This document shows, in pieces, positions 19,136 through 31,405 of a stretch of DNA of 64,000 bases. The stretch comes from a virus. The notes under the pieces are model-generated. The model searched no databases. It was not told where the DNA came from and saw nothing but the letters and a program-made list of their open reading frames with translations. Both the position numbers and the translations under genes were made by a program. The number at the start of each line of letters is the position of its first letter. The first letter of the stretch is position 1. The stretch lies in IMG/VR virus record IMGVR_UViG_3300021591_000018, positions 12,754 to 76,753 of that record, one strand, 5' to 3'.

Positions 19136-19558
19136 TCACCTCAGTGCACACTTCACACAGAGCACTTCTCCGGTTCTGAGATCAACAGCTTTCGGTTCCC
19201 ATTTACCGATTTCTCTTCCACACTTAGAACAGTATGGTGGTTTCGTCACGAACTTGACGCCTTCCTCGATGAGCTTCTCATGTATCTGTCTCGCTAAGTC
19301 GCTGTTCTTGTATTGGAAAGCACAATAGTACGTTCCATAATCACCTTCACCGACAGCCTCGGCTATGAGTCCACCCCAAAACCTCCAAGTCGCTCTGTAA
19401 GGCTTGTCAAGTCCAGGAAATAGGATTTCCTCACCGGCTACGACAGTCCAGAGAGCTTTCCCAACCTCTTTAGTCCGTTCGAAGTGCTTATCGAGGAAAG
19501 AACGGAGGAAGTCAATTACATATCGACTTGGTTCACTCATTTCTCCTCGCCCTCTCAA
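19136..19558 (-). CDS. Hypothetical protein with C-terminal Zn finger
   Basis: CSKC...CVKC. Confidence 0.55.
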   Translation of the reverse strand: MRGRGEMSEPSRYVIDFLRSFLDKHFERTKEVGKALWTVVAGEEILFPGLDKPYRATWRFWGGLIAEAVGEGDYGTYYCAFQYKNSDLARQIHEKLIEEGVKFVTKPPYCSKCGREIGKWEPKAVDLRTGEVLCVKCALR

Positions 19559-19984
19559 ACAACGCAGCGATGAACGCCTCCGTCGGTCTGTAAAATTGCT
19601 TTCTGATCATCTGTCTCGCCTTCTCTAAGTCGCCTTCTAAGATTTCATCCAGGATATCAACAAGTCGTCGCTCTTCGAGTGAGATCATGCCATAAGGCCT
19701 ATAAGGCCAATCGCGAGTAATGGCGTCTCTCAGTTCGCGAACTACTTCAAGCCGTGCCTTATGATTCGACACTCCGATCACCTACGAGGATCTCTTTTAG
19801 AGTTTGAATCGTCTCCTCTAACCGTCTTTCTAGCGATTGAAAATACTCGAGTTCTCGTTCGGCTTCTTCTCGCTTGGACCGTAGAAACTCCAAGAGGTCG
19901 TAGAGCACATCCAACATCTAGCTCACCTTTGAAGTTCTCACGTTCTAACTTGGTAATGCTTCGACTATCGATAACTTCCAACTT

Positions 19985-20389
19985 CTAGATATGACAGTCG
20001 ACGATTACGACTAGTGCATCGGGATTTACATCCTTAATTACTTCGTGGAAGTCGAAGCTCTTCGTACCTTCGATTGACTCCCACCATCGTCCGTACCAAA
20101 CTCCATTCTTAAGTACACAGGGTGGTTCGTCCATAGCGTCCCAGTTAACGTACTTCGCATAAGTTGCATTACACCGTGGTTCATAGGCCGGTACATCAAG
20201 TTCTCTCAGTGGAATCCAGCCTGAATACCGACCTCCTATCACGTACCAGTCCCAGTGCCCTTGTGGGTTGTGAGGATAACTATCCACAACTTCAAGCTCT
20301 TCCCAGAACGGCATCATGGCTTCGTGTACGTCCTCAACAAGTGACTCAAGTTTACCGTGATCTATGATAACGAGTAACGGGTAATGCAT
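19985..20389 (-). CDS. Virus hypothetical protein
   Basis: WDWYVIGGRYSG motif resembles a recurrent phage protein family (from memory). Confidence 0.55.
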   Translation of the reverse strand: MHYPLLVIIDHGKLESLVEDVHEAMMPFWEELEVVDSYPHNPQGHWDWYVIGGRYSGWIPLRELDVPAYEPRCNATYAKYVNWDAMDEPPCVLKNGVWYGRWWESIEGTKSFDFHEVIKDVNPDALVVIVDCHI

Positions 20390-20393
20390 GACC

Positions 20394-20576
20394 TCACCTC
20401 CTCAACAACCTACGTAAGTCGAGTTTAGTCTCCTCCTCTCCATGCAAGATTCTCCGTATGTAGTTCCTACGATTACGTTTCCTCGGGAAGGGACTCTTGC
20501 TAAGATTAGTCTTAGGAATCTTTGGTGTTTCCCGTCTTACCTTACCTGCTTTAGTTAAGCTTCCATGAGTTGGCAT
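20394..20576 (-). CDS. rps30e: Ribosomal protein eS30 homologue
   Basis: MPTHGSLTKAGKVRRETPKI...PRKRNRRNY matches the eS30 signature HGSL.KAGKVR.QTPK; GGTGA RBS. Confidence 0.9.
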   Translation of the reverse strand: MPTHGSLTKAGKVRRETPKIPKTNLSKSPFPRKRNRRNYIRRILHGEEETKLDLRRLLRR

Positions 20577-21191
20577 CTATTCACCTTCTTTGAGTTTCTT
20601 TGTGAGCCACTCAAGGAATTCAAAGAATCCAACTCCAATTAGTACACCGAACATCATAACTAACGGAAATGCTAGTAAGAAGAGATTTCCTAACTTACTC
20701 ATCTGTCACCCTCCTCGGACAAATCCTCGACAGAAAATACGGGCACTTAGGAGGACACTCACGCCAGTCCGTCGAGATGTATTTCTCTAGGACTGGGCAG
20801 TAGACCGTTCGCATTGACGTGTGGTCTTTCATACACGTGATTTCCAACGTTTCTCACCTCTTAGGATGTGTTCGAGGATATTCTTGACATACCATTTCCA
20901 AGCTTCGTTTGTAAACGTCACACCTACACCTCCAAAGTGTAAGATCGCGGATCACCTGCCTTACAGAGAGCACCGATCCAGATTAATCCAAGAGTTCCGC
21001 GCATATCAGGATTGTAATATTGAGGTTCATCATAATCCGAATAGAACTTATACCACTCACGGAGATAACGAAGTTCTGAGAGAAAGATTAGAGTTGCTTT
21101 GACGTAAACCTTTAACATTTCCAAGGCTCGTTTTACGAAGGGTTGACTCAAGAACCTACGATATCGTTCAGTAGGAACAAAGACAAGTCTC

Positions 21192-21791
21192 TCAGTCATG
21201 TCTGAAGAGCTCATTTCGATACCTCAAGATTACTCTGGACAGCAAATACTCGGCAATTACACGGAACGCACACTTTCCAATTGCTGGTACGTATAGTCCA
21301 CACCGTTCGTTACATGGTTCTAAGGTTTCAGTAGCGGCAGATAGGAACGGACAGATCATCTCGACTTCCTCTGTCTTCTCTTCTTTCCCGTACTCTCTGT
21401 AGCCAGGTGGTACCTTTCCATCTAGGATGAGTCCAGCGACATTCTGCTCTCTCGGAACCCACTGGAAGCTTGCCATCTGTACCGACTTCAGAAGTTCTTT
21501 AGCTACATCATGGTAAAGGTAAAGTGGAGCCTTATGTACACTGTAATGTCCAGTCATCTGTTCGATAACGAGCTGTGAGTCCCCGACGAATTCAACATTC
21601 CTTTGTTTGTTACGGAAGATTGCGTAGATGAGTGCCAAGTACTCTGCTTGGTTGTGAGTCCTCGGTATCGGTAGCCCTAGCATATCTGAAACTTCTCTGA
21701 AGGACTTTATGATGTATTGCTTTGTTGTCTCATTGGCTATACAAATCTGTTCGGTCTTCATGCTCGCATCGAAGTAGACCCTTTGCATCAC
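21192..21791 (-). CDS. RNase HI-like protein with C-terminal Cys-rich extension
   Basis: VYFDAS, THNQAEYLALI, GDSQLVIEQMTG and WVPREQN. Confidence 0.85.
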   Translation of the reverse strand: MMQRVYFDASMKTEQICIANETTKQYIIKSFREVSDMLGLPIPRTHNQAEYLALIYAIFRNKQRNVEFVGDSQLVIEQMTGHYSVHKAPLYLYHDVAKELLKSVQMASFQWVPREQNVAGLILDGKVPPGYREYGKEEKTEEVEMICPFLSAATETLEPCNERCGLYVPAIGKCAFRVIAEYLLSRVILRYRNELFRHD

Positions 21792-22474
21792 ACCACCACC
21801 CTACAACCAACCCATCCTCTACGTCGACACATGTAATTGCAAATTTCGGAAGATAGTCGACATCTGGTGGAATTAACTCGAGTCGAATATGGAGGAGTTC
21901 TTTCAAGTTGAACATTCTCGGTAACTGGAAGACAGCCGGTTCTTCTACTGTAAAACTGAATGTAAACGGTTGATCACCAATCCACAATCGCATACCGAGA
22001 GGTCGTTCGACGTGTCTACGAAACAACTTCTTAAGTCGGACTTTCCAGTTTCGTGGTGTGAAGCCATCTAACAGTACGAACACTTGGTACATTTAACTCA
22101 CGACATCCTTATCGATGTAGAGTTCGAAACTCGTTATGTGGTCACTAATCTCCTCTTCGACTCCTATCACGCTATCAAGGACACGTCGTACGATTAGATG
22201 TACCTTATAGAACGGAATCTTCACGTCGTTCTGTAGAAGTTCAGTCATAATTTTATCGTTTATGTAGAGGTAGTCTCGCGATTTACACCTCATCAGTAAG
22301 ATTGAGTTCTGCTTTACCGACGGACGAATTTCTGCAAGTGGATAGCCACACATGGAACAAACGACGATCTTCCGGTCTTTGAAGTTACCAGGCTCGTACT
22401 TAACATCGACGAACTGGTAACACTTCGGACACCAGAACTGAACCTCCTCCATCAACTTCACCTTTAAATTTCTC

Positions 22475-24553
22475 TCAATTAAATTTTGAGACGGTTCCAT
22501 CAAACAGATGGCGTTGACGATATTCCTCCTGTTTGCCTTGATTCCAGTTCTGTACAGGACGGTAGTATCCCGTGATTCGACTGTAAACCTCACAAGTGCT
22601 CTTACATGACGGACAGACGTCATGATGTCCTGGCCAATATCCACAGTTCGGACAGATACTGAACGTAGGTGTGATGGTTACGTACGGTAGACGGAAACTG
22701 TAGAAGATTCGTCGTATGAGCTTGCTACATCCTTCCCAGGATGGCAAAGCTTCTCCTAGCCAGGTGTGGAAGACAGTCCCTCCAGTGTAAAGCTCCTGTA
22801 GAAGTTCCTGATGTTCGAGTGCCTCAGCAAGGCTGAACTCTACCCACACCGGCAGTTGTGTTGAGTTCGTATAGTATGGCGTCTCCTTACCTGACGTGTA
22901 GATATCATCGAACATCTGTCGATCAATCAACGCCAATCTATAACTGCAACTCTCAGCAGGAGTTGCCTCCAGATTGTAGAGGTGACCAGTCTCTTCCTGG
23001 AAGTCAACTAAACGTTCACGCATGAACATGAGGACGTCAATCATGAACTCACGTCCCTCGTCAGTCTCAATTCCCTTACCGAGGTAGTTCATACAGCACT
23101 CATGCCCACCAACGATTCCAATCGTTGAGAAGTGATTTGTCCAGTAGCTACCTGTTGCATCTTTAATCGGTTGAAGGTACTTTTGTGAGTATGGATAGAG
23201 TCCAACTTCAGTTAACTTCTCGACTGTTTTACGTTTCAACTCAAGGCTTTCCTTTGCAAGTTGCATCAATTCGTCCAACATCTCGAAGAATTCATCATCG
23301 TCGTTTGCTATGTAACCAATTCGTGGGAGGTTAATCGTCACGACTCCAATTGAGCCTGTCATTGGGTTTGCTCCGAAATACCCTCCACCTTTCCTGTAGA
23401 GTTGACGTGTGTCCAGACGGAGACGACAACACATACTACGCACTTGGTCTGGACTCATGTCGCTGTTGATAAAGTTCGCAAAGTAAGGCGATCCATACTT
23501 CGCAACCAACTTCCAGAGGGACTCGTCGTCCCAAGTGAAGTCAGGTGTCACGTTATACGTTACTATCGGAAATGTAAAGATCCGTCCATTTGCGTCTCCC
23601 TCGTACATGGCTTCACAATAGACTTCGTTGAACAAGTCGACCTCGTCCTGAAAGTCACCGTAGACGTCGCCTTTCAACTCACCTCCACAGATTACGGCTT
23701 CATTCTCCATAAACTTCGGAACGATTCGGTCGAACGTCACATTGGTGAATGGCGTTTGGAACCCGACTCTCGTCGGAACGTTCATGTTGAAGAGGAACTC
23801 CTGTAGCTCTTGTTTCACTTCATCTCGAGTAAGTCCATCGTATCGTATGAATGGTGCGAGATACGTATCGACGTTGCTGAATGCTTGTGCACCAGCAGCC
23901 TCTCCTTGTAACGTATAGAGGAAGTTCCAAATCTGTCCAAGTGCACTACTGAAGTGCTTAGGTGGTTTACTCTTGATCTTTCCGAAGACACCACCAAAAC
24001 CTTCGATTAACAGTTGTCGTAAGTCCCATCCGACACAGTACGGACCAAGTACACCAAGGTCATGTATGTGGAAGTCACCGTCCTGGTGAGCTTTACGAAT
24101 CCCAGGTGGATAAACTCTCATCAACCAATACTCTGAGATGCTACGCTGTACGAGGTAGCAATTCAAACCTTGCATCGAGTAACCGATGTTCGCATTCTCC
24201 CGAACCATCCAGCTGCTACGATTGAGATACTCGTCAATAACGTCACCTGACTCGATGAGATGTGCCAATCTCCGCATTGTCATACGTTGTTCTCTGTAAA
24301 GTATGTATGCTCTTGCAACCTCATAGTATCCATGCTTCATGAGGACTTTCTCTACGATGTCCTGAATCTCCTCGACAGTCGGGACTCCATCGTCTCCAAA
24401 TCGTCGTCCTATGTACCAGAGAACAGAGTTGACGAGTTTTTCGACGTCTCCTCTCGTACCTACTGCTCGGAAAGCTTTCTCTATAGCTGTCCTGATCCTC
24501 TCACGGTCAAACTCAACAAGACGACCGTTTCTCTTTCGAACGTACTTTACCAT
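22475..24553 (-). CDS. nrdD: Anaerobic (class III) ribonucleoside-triphosphate reductase with ATP cone
   Basis: VRKRNG ATP cone, HIHDL, SMCCRL, TPAES and the glycyl-radical motif YSRITGYYRPV. Confidence 0.95.
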   Translation of the reverse strand: MVKYVRKRNGRLVEFDRERIRTAIEKAFRAVGTRGDVEKLVNSVLWYIGRRFGDDGVPTVEEIQDIVEKVLMKHGYYEVARAYILYREQRMTMRRLAHLIESGDVIDEYLNRSSWMVRENANIGYSMQGLNCYLVQRSISEYWLMRVYPPGIRKAHQDGDFHIHDLGVLGPYCVGWDLRQLLIEGFGGVFGKIKSKPPKHFSSALGQIWNFLYTLQGEAAGAQAFSNVDTYLAPFIRYDGLTRDEVKQELQEFLFNMNVPTRVGFQTPFTNVTFDRIVPKFMENEAVICGGELKGDVYGDFQDEVDLFNEVYCEAMYEGDANGRIFTFPIVTYNVTPDFTWDDESLWKLVAKYGSPYFANFINSDMSPDQVRSMCCRLRLDTRQLYRKGGGYFGANPMTGSIGVVTINLPRIGYIANDDDEFFEMLDELMQLAKESLELKRKTVEKLTEVGLYPYSQKYLQPIKDATGSYWTNHFSTIGIVGGHECCMNYLGKGIETDEGREFMIDVLMFMRERLVDFQEETGHLYNLEATPAESCSYRLALIDRQMFDDIYTSGKETPYYTNSTQLPVWVEFSLAEALEHQELLQELYTGGTVFHTWLGEALPSWEGCSKLIRRIFYSFRLPYVTITPTFSICPNCGYWPGHHDVCPSCKSTCEVYSRITGYYRPVQNWNQGKQEEYRQRHLFDGTVSKFN

Positions 24554-24557
24554 CTGA

Positions 24558-24962
24558 TCACCTCGTGAAGGGGATCTCCTTACCAAAGGGAGTATTCTTT
24601 ACCTCTGGTAAGTTGGTAACATAGGCAACTAATTCAAAACTACAGTTGAACTTAAGAAGGATTTCTCTTAAGTCTTCGATAATATCAGTTGGTAATTCAA
24701 CTTTGAAGGTGACGTTCTCTAAGCTGTAAGTGTAATCTTCACCTGTTGAGGGCAACTTTTCAAGTTCTTCGAGCAAGATGCCGTTGAATGGCCCATATGT
24801 GTAGTTGTAATAGCTAAGTGATGTTAGTCTTCGACCAGTCTTCTGATAGTAGATTCTCTCGAGAAGATATGCTGTTTTGAGAAAGGTCATGACATCTACA
24901 GTTGAGTAACCTAGATTCTTAAGGATCTGACACACTGTTAACGCGTACTCATCTGGATTCAT
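24558..24962 (-). CDS. DUF4065/Panacea (SocA-like) domain protein
   Basis: LKTAYLLE..YY.KTGR.L....Y..Y.YGPF pattern. Confidence 0.55.
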   Translation of the reverse strand: MNPDEYALTVCQILKNLGYSTVDVMTFLKTAYLLERIYYQKTGRRLTSLSYYNYTYGPFNGILLEELEKLPSTGEDYTYSLENVTFKVELPTDIIEDLREILLKFNCSFELVAYVTNLPEVKNTPFGKEIPFTR

Positions 24963-26292
24963 AGACGTTACCTCACGTGACAGGAGCTGTAAATACGCGT
25001 GGTACGTAAACCACTTCTCCAGTCGTCGTATAGTAGTACTTCACATCGTACTTCTCATCGCACTCACGACAGAGGTATATCGTTGTCTCACCGATTACAG
25101 CTGCATGTGTTACTGCACACGCCTTGACTGGCACTCGACGTATGACTGGATCAGAAGTCTCGGTTCCACAAATTGCGCACCGCATCAACACCACCTACTT
25201 CCGTCCTCAGGAACGAGTCGAAGAGGCTTCTCGTAAAGTGGTCCAGCGTATACGTCAACATGTGTGCATGGATACGAAGCTAACCGTAAAGTTGCACGTG
25301 TCTTACCATAGATGATGCCCTCATTGGGAACCTTTAGAATGATTGATGAGAAGTCGTTGTGATCGTGGTCTGGTCGACTCACAAGGAGATCGACTCGGAC
25401 GAGGTTCTCAGAGATAACAACAATAAAGTTCTTCGTTATGATGGCGAGGTGTGAACCGTTGTCTCTAATCGTACACCAAGGGGTCTCAGCATTAAAGATT
25501 TCAACCTCGCGTTCAACTTTACCTCTCATTTCGACCACAACCCTCAGGACAAACTTTACATCGACGATCACAAGTCAGAAACCACAAGAAGTTCGACAAC
25601 CAAAAGGCACATAGGAAGAAAAGGAGGTACTCAATCACTTCTCCACCACCGTCTTGAACCAGTGGTTGTAATAGTCAGGTTCGAGTTCAATCTCTACGAT
25701 GACTTTGTCGTCCTCAGCATACACCGTGACATCAATACCACGTTCTCGCATATCATAGAACATCGATACTATCCTTTCTGGATCTACTGGGTCACGGAAC
25801 CGTACGTAGTATTCGTAAGCAACGACTTGGTTTATTTTACTAGGATGATAGATTGGCAGTTTCTCGATCTCTATATCGTCAGTACCACAGATATGCTCTA
25901 ACAGACGTCGTAGTACTCTCACCTCTTCATCTTGAGTTAGTCCTACCATTCGTCTTCCTCCTCGTCGTCTTCTAATTCGAAAATCCAGACTGGTTGTCGT
26001 CTTCTCCACTCTTGAAGTAGATCATCAGGTGATTCCTCGTCAATAAGGTCACCGTAGTCCCAAGCGATAATGTCAATGTCTGTCTCACCAACCACGTCTC
26101 TCGATGGTATTTCGACGAACTCATTGTATTGTTTATCTTTCACTACGACTTTATTGTCTTTTTGCTCTACGATGTAACCGTAACTTAGTCGTCCATCAGA
26201 ACGGTAGAACTCAACGAGTGTACCGACTGAGTACATTTGATATGCACTTAAATTGTTTGTTGAAACAATATTTAAATGTTGTTACACAACTG

Positions 26293-26658
26293 TTAACTTT
26301 CTTGTCGGATGTTAGATAACAACTGTATAATCAACAGTAAACCTCTTGCAATTACTGCATGCTGGAAGTGACCAGAATCAGCGACCTTATTCAGTACCTT
26401 TAGGATACCGTTCGGATCGTCACGTTGGTAGATCTCTTCTGGCTCCATTAATATGCAGTTCTTCTTGGCTGCAACAACAGTACCGAAAACGATATCACCA
26501 GGTTCAATCTGGTCGTGCCATCTTGTAAAGAGAATGTATCGTCCATCGGAGAACTTGCCGACAATGGTGTCATCCTTACCCCGTCGTGCAATTGTTGCAT
26601 ATTTCTCGCCGACTGTAATTGGAAGTTGAATTCGATCGAGCTCAGACATGACTCTCAC
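26293..26658 (-). CDS. Hypothetical protein, possible TRAM/OB-like domain
   Basis: GK...VGK..DGRYILF....PGD.V...V pattern. Confidence 0.35.
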   Translation of the reverse strand: MRVMSELDRIQLPITVGEKYATIARRGKDDTIVGKFSDGRYILFTRWHDQIEPGDIVFGTVVAAKKNCILMEPEEIYQRDDPNGILKVLNKVADSGHFQHAVIARGLLLIIQLLSNIRQES

Positions 26659-29123
26659 CTCGAGACGTCAAAGAATAGTCGCAGGCTATCGACGAGCTCA
26701 ACGAAGGATTTGTAGACGTAGGTGTGTTTGATTGGCAGCACTTTTTCCTCTTCTACTGTCACAATAAATCCGTTATCGACTGACTCAATCGTAACCTTTA
26801 CGCCCTTCCTCATATACCTCACCTCAATCCAGTAGTTCGAGTAATAAAGTTACCTTACGTGTAATAAACTCTCCATTCCGTAGCTTATTGACAATTTCCT
26901 CATGATGGTTAATTGCCTCTTCCCATGTCTTGTAACGCCAGACTTGCTCGAATCGTAGTTCGAAATTTGGGTACGGATCTGCGAAAATCATTGTCTCGTA
27001 GAGCATGCCATTTATTGGTGATTCGAGGTAGATCGTCGAAACACACACTGTCGTCTTGAACGGTCCAATCTCAACTATAACCTCGGTTTGTTTCCGTCGT
27101 GCATCTTTCAGGAACACGTATCCACAGACTTTACAGACTGCGAATGTGCCCTCCTCTGGACGTTTTGGATTGACTGGTATCGAGGGTAATTGTATGAACT
27201 CGTCGAAGGTGTATTTACGTCCACATCTTTCACAAATCCACACGGACATAATGGTCACCTTACCGGTCTTACCTCCCGTGCAAACATATCTTCGATCCCT
27301 TCATAGGGCACTCCCTTCCCGTCGTCGGGTCTATAGCCTTCGGACAGACGAACTTTCCGTTCTCGTCTATCTCGAAGACTATCACCTCATCCAAGAACGG
27401 GCAACGGAAATAAGCCCATCTCCATCTCCGGCCTAAGTTCTCGTCCAGGGTCTCTACGTCTTTATTCCTCGGCACAAGACTCATCCTATCGCCTCATTTC
27501 TCTATTCGTAGAGAAAAGAATCGAGGTGTCATCCAGAATTTACGGTACTTACCTTGATTAGTAATTCGATGGCATACCAGGACGATGTCAGGTTTGAAGA
27601 CGATGAAGCCCTCCCTCCAGTGAGTCTTGTGCCCACGTTTGCTACTCCAGATGCGTTTCAACCAACCCCGATTGATAGCTTCTTCGAGATCGACCTCCTC
27701 GTCGGCTCCTGGATATTCCTTAACCGTCCACCAAGTTCGTGCTCGTGTCTTTTGTGCTTCATGGAACCATAGCGAAATACTAATCCCGGATTTCATCTTC
27801 TCTCACCAGCGATTCAGAAAGTTTCTTTACAATGAAATCACACCGTTCGTCAACCCAGACATCGGCCTTCTCCGTGTAGATAACTGCTACTAGACGATTT
27901 GCACAGTAAATCCGAATTTCAGTCGGGCTTTCGATAACATGCACACTCTCTCTCATACGATCACCTTTGAACACGAGCTTCAAGGAAAATCGGTAAGGAG
28001 AGTAACCCAAAGCAGATGAGTTGTATGTACCAAGCTCCACGAAAGATCACGAGTGTTGAGCCAGTTACAACACCAACACTAAGTGCATATTTTGTTACCA
28101 GTCGCTTACAGCCCATAATAGTCTCAACACATGCAACGAGAAGCAGGAAGACAGCGAGACCTAACTGGTTGAATTCAAGTGTCACTGTAACTACAATTCC
28201 TGTTAGGACTCCAAATAGCTCGGCGAGTATGACTTCAGCATAGTTAGGCATTACAGCCAGCTCCTTCGAGTTTCTTCTCAACATATTCACGTATCAGTTC
28301 CCGGACTTCAATGACAACGTCGTCAAGATTGACTCCATGAAGGGCGACTTCCTCAAGGTATTTCCTTGCGAAGTAAATCTTCCATCGACGACTGACTGAA
28401 ATTGCCATCGTGACGAACATCCCACCGATAGCAAATCCGCCAAGGAAGTATACGACTTTCCACATGTTTACTCACCTCTCTCGATGATGAGTTCGCCGAA
28501 CTGATTGTACCGGAAGATCCATGTACAGTCACAGTCGTCGCAGTAATAGATGTCAGTATTTTCGTCGACGTTTGCAACGTGGTCAAGTTCCGTCCTACAG
28601 ATTGGGCAGTACATCACCACTCCACCTCGATCGTCTCTTCTCTCACTTCAATGGGGCATGAATCCAACTGCTCGTCGATGATTGAGTCGAGGTAGTCCCC
28701 CTCTAAGCAACTGTAGATATGAAGGAATTTCTGTCGTCGGAACTCCTCGTCTTCCTTGAGACGACTTATGAACTCATCGAACTCATGTGGATCAAAGTCG
28801 TCCTCGTAGTATCCAACCTCGATCTTGACGTTTGCTATGAGCTTAACAGCTCTTGTCGTACGCATCCGTCTCACCGTGGATCGGTAATCAAGTGCCAAAG
28901 ATAGTAGAAGGCAACACTATCGATCTTGAAAGTCTCACCGACTTCCTCTGCGTTGAACTCAAAGTCTACTGGAACTCTCGAAGCAACCGTAGCAGCACCA
29001 ATGGCCTCGATGAACGTGTTGATGATGTCACAGACAAAGTCTTCGAAGATCTCCTCTATAGCCTCCTTGTCACGACACTTCAGTATCTCCTCAACATACG
29101 TATCGTAAAGGGACTGCTTCTCT

Positions 29124-29579
29124 TCAGACATTCAACACCACCTTCCTAAGTTGTGCAAGGATGAAATCCTTCAGGTCCTCACGACGGAGCTGCTCGAGGT
29201 TTAAGTCGCAGACTGGAACGAATTCACCGATTCGCTTAACGAGGCAGACCCTCGCAACCTTATCGGTATACCAGTAGTGTACGAGAGTCCGTCCGGTCTC
29301 CTCGTCGATCTTGCTGAGGGCTGCAGCTAGACGCCGACCTAGCTTCACCTTCTCAGATATTGGAACTTTCACACCGTATCTCTTCAGGAACTTCTGTGCG
29401 ATCTCGACGTTCTCATGCATCCAACGGCACATGAGTGCTGAGAAACCAGTACGTACGTAAGGCATGTTGTGTTTCTCGAGAGTCTCCTGTACAAGATCAG
29501 CTAATCGATCAGATCCTGTATAGACAGCTCTCGGTATTCCATCTTCGTTATAGAGGAATACCCAAACCCATCTAAACAC
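29124..29579 (-). CDS. Hypothetical protein
   Basis: 151-aa ORF with a GGAGGTGA RBS. Confidence 0.6.
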   Translation of the reverse strand: MFRWVWVFLYNEDGIPRAVYTGSDRLADLVQETLEKHNMPYVRTGFSALMCRWMHENVEIAQKFLKRYGVKVPISEKVKLGRRLAAALSKIDEETGRTLVHYWYTDKVARVCLVKRIGEFVPVCDLNLEQLRREDLKDFILAQLRKVVLNV

Positions 29580-29588
29580 ACTCTCACC

Positions 29589-29699
29589 TCCTACAAGTTG
29601 GCACTTTGACGCCGAGAGCGTTGGGCTCGGCCAGGCGTGCTACAAGCCTCCAGAGGGCCCATCGTTCCCTCTGGCTTCAGAAAGACAGGGGACTTAGGA
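29589..29699. other. Structured intergenic element (two hairpins with complementary loops)
   Basis: GCCGAG/CTCGGC and CCAGAGGG/CCCTCTGG stems; loops AGCGTTGGG and CCCATCGTT are complementary at 8 of 9 positions, counting G-U. Confidence 0.5.
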
Positions 29700-31405
29700 A
29701 CTCTCTTCGTTGTCTTCGTCGTCTTTGTCGGAGCCTACCGAGATACTTACAATGTCCCGAGAGCCCTCTTCAGATGGGAATGCAACGAAGATCATTAAAG
29801 CTAGAGGCCAAAGGCTTCGAGTAGTGTAGACAGCGAAGGCAACTAGAGCCATAAGGCATATATCATAGATTAGACAGAAGGTTTCGCGATCCATGCCTCA
29901 TTCCTCCACAATTTCGTAGATGCCAACGAAGTCGCTTATGCCTTCTTGGCAGCCAGGGAAGGGAATGATGACCACCTTTCCCTTCGCCTTTATCCTGCCA
30001 TTCACTCTGTGGATGTCAGCAGGACCGTAGTAGACACATCGAATCGTCTTAGTCGTCGTTCCGAGCAGTCTCCTCAGAAGAGTTAGAAGACTTACCACTC
30101 ACCTCACCCCTAAGTATAAACTCCGGGAAGTTGATCTCGCTAATCTCCTTTTCAATTTTCTCGAATGCAAACGTGAACTGGTTTGCATACTCTGCAAGAT
30201 CCGTGTACCAAGACTGTGGATAGCCATGAGGCGTTAACATAAACTTCAGGATACGTTTCAGTCCCCTTGCATTTAGTGGATGACTGAACCACCCGCAGTT
30301 CGTACAGACGTCAATATCGAAGTAGATCTTGTCATTACCGAGTGGGTAGAACTCCGGGACCGCAACGAAGGCCTTCTTGAAGGTTTCACATCCACATTGC
30401 GGGCACTTCAACCGTGCTATCACGTGTACAACCATGCTCAGTCACCTTTCTTCGACGATTCTCATCACTTCACTCTGGATATGGAAAGCTTCCTCAGTGC
30501 CAATGTAGTCTGCTAGTGCGTTGATATATGCCCAGTAGAGTGGACAAAGATCGGTTCGTGAGACGTCCTCGATGACTTGCATCTCTCGAATCGTCTCGTA
30601 GAAACGTTTGCAGACTTCCTCTAACGGACACCGACTACAGATCGGTTCGAGTGGATCTATAACTTTACCTCCCTTACGCCCCATCCTTATTCCCGAGTCT
30701 TCCTCATCACGGTCGTTCGGAGGCCTACGTTCAGTCATCTGAGGCATTCGTAATCTCATATGCATCATCTCTTTTAAATTTCTCTCTCATTTTAATTTAG
30801 GACGTTTCCATCGTGGAGTAGACGGAGTGCCTCAACAGCTGAATAGACTTTACGATTACCAACATGATAGACCGACACGTACTGGTTGTTATACAAGCCA
30901 ACCCTAACTTCGATTCCCCCATAGCTGAGACCTCGTATTTCTGCCTCTTGTCTGAGTGAGTAACATGCGATTTTGTAGATTGCCTTGATATCACTGAGGA
31001 CGTCATGTGTAAGCACTAGACTGATCCGGCGTTCGATTCGTTTCAGAGACTGTCTGTACGACGATGGAGTCAACGTTACTTTCTTTAAGTCTATGAAATG
31101 GTAATCGTTCACTACTGGTACACTGATACTGATCATCCAAGTACCAGGACTAGTTACCTTCGTACTTAGGAAGTAAATCTCATCGTAGTGAAATCGACTT
31201 CGAAATTCTTGTGTCAACGCCTTCCGTATGACATAGTGATGAGCACCTTCCAACACCCGTGGCTCCTGTTTGAAGTATTCGAAAGCCGTAAGTAACGGCG
31301 TTCCAGGTTGGTCAACAACTCCCTTCGATCGTGGATGGTGCTTAAGTATGATCTCTTCAAATTTCAGTTCTGGTTTGACATAGTAAACTGTCGGATAGGA
31401 GGTCA

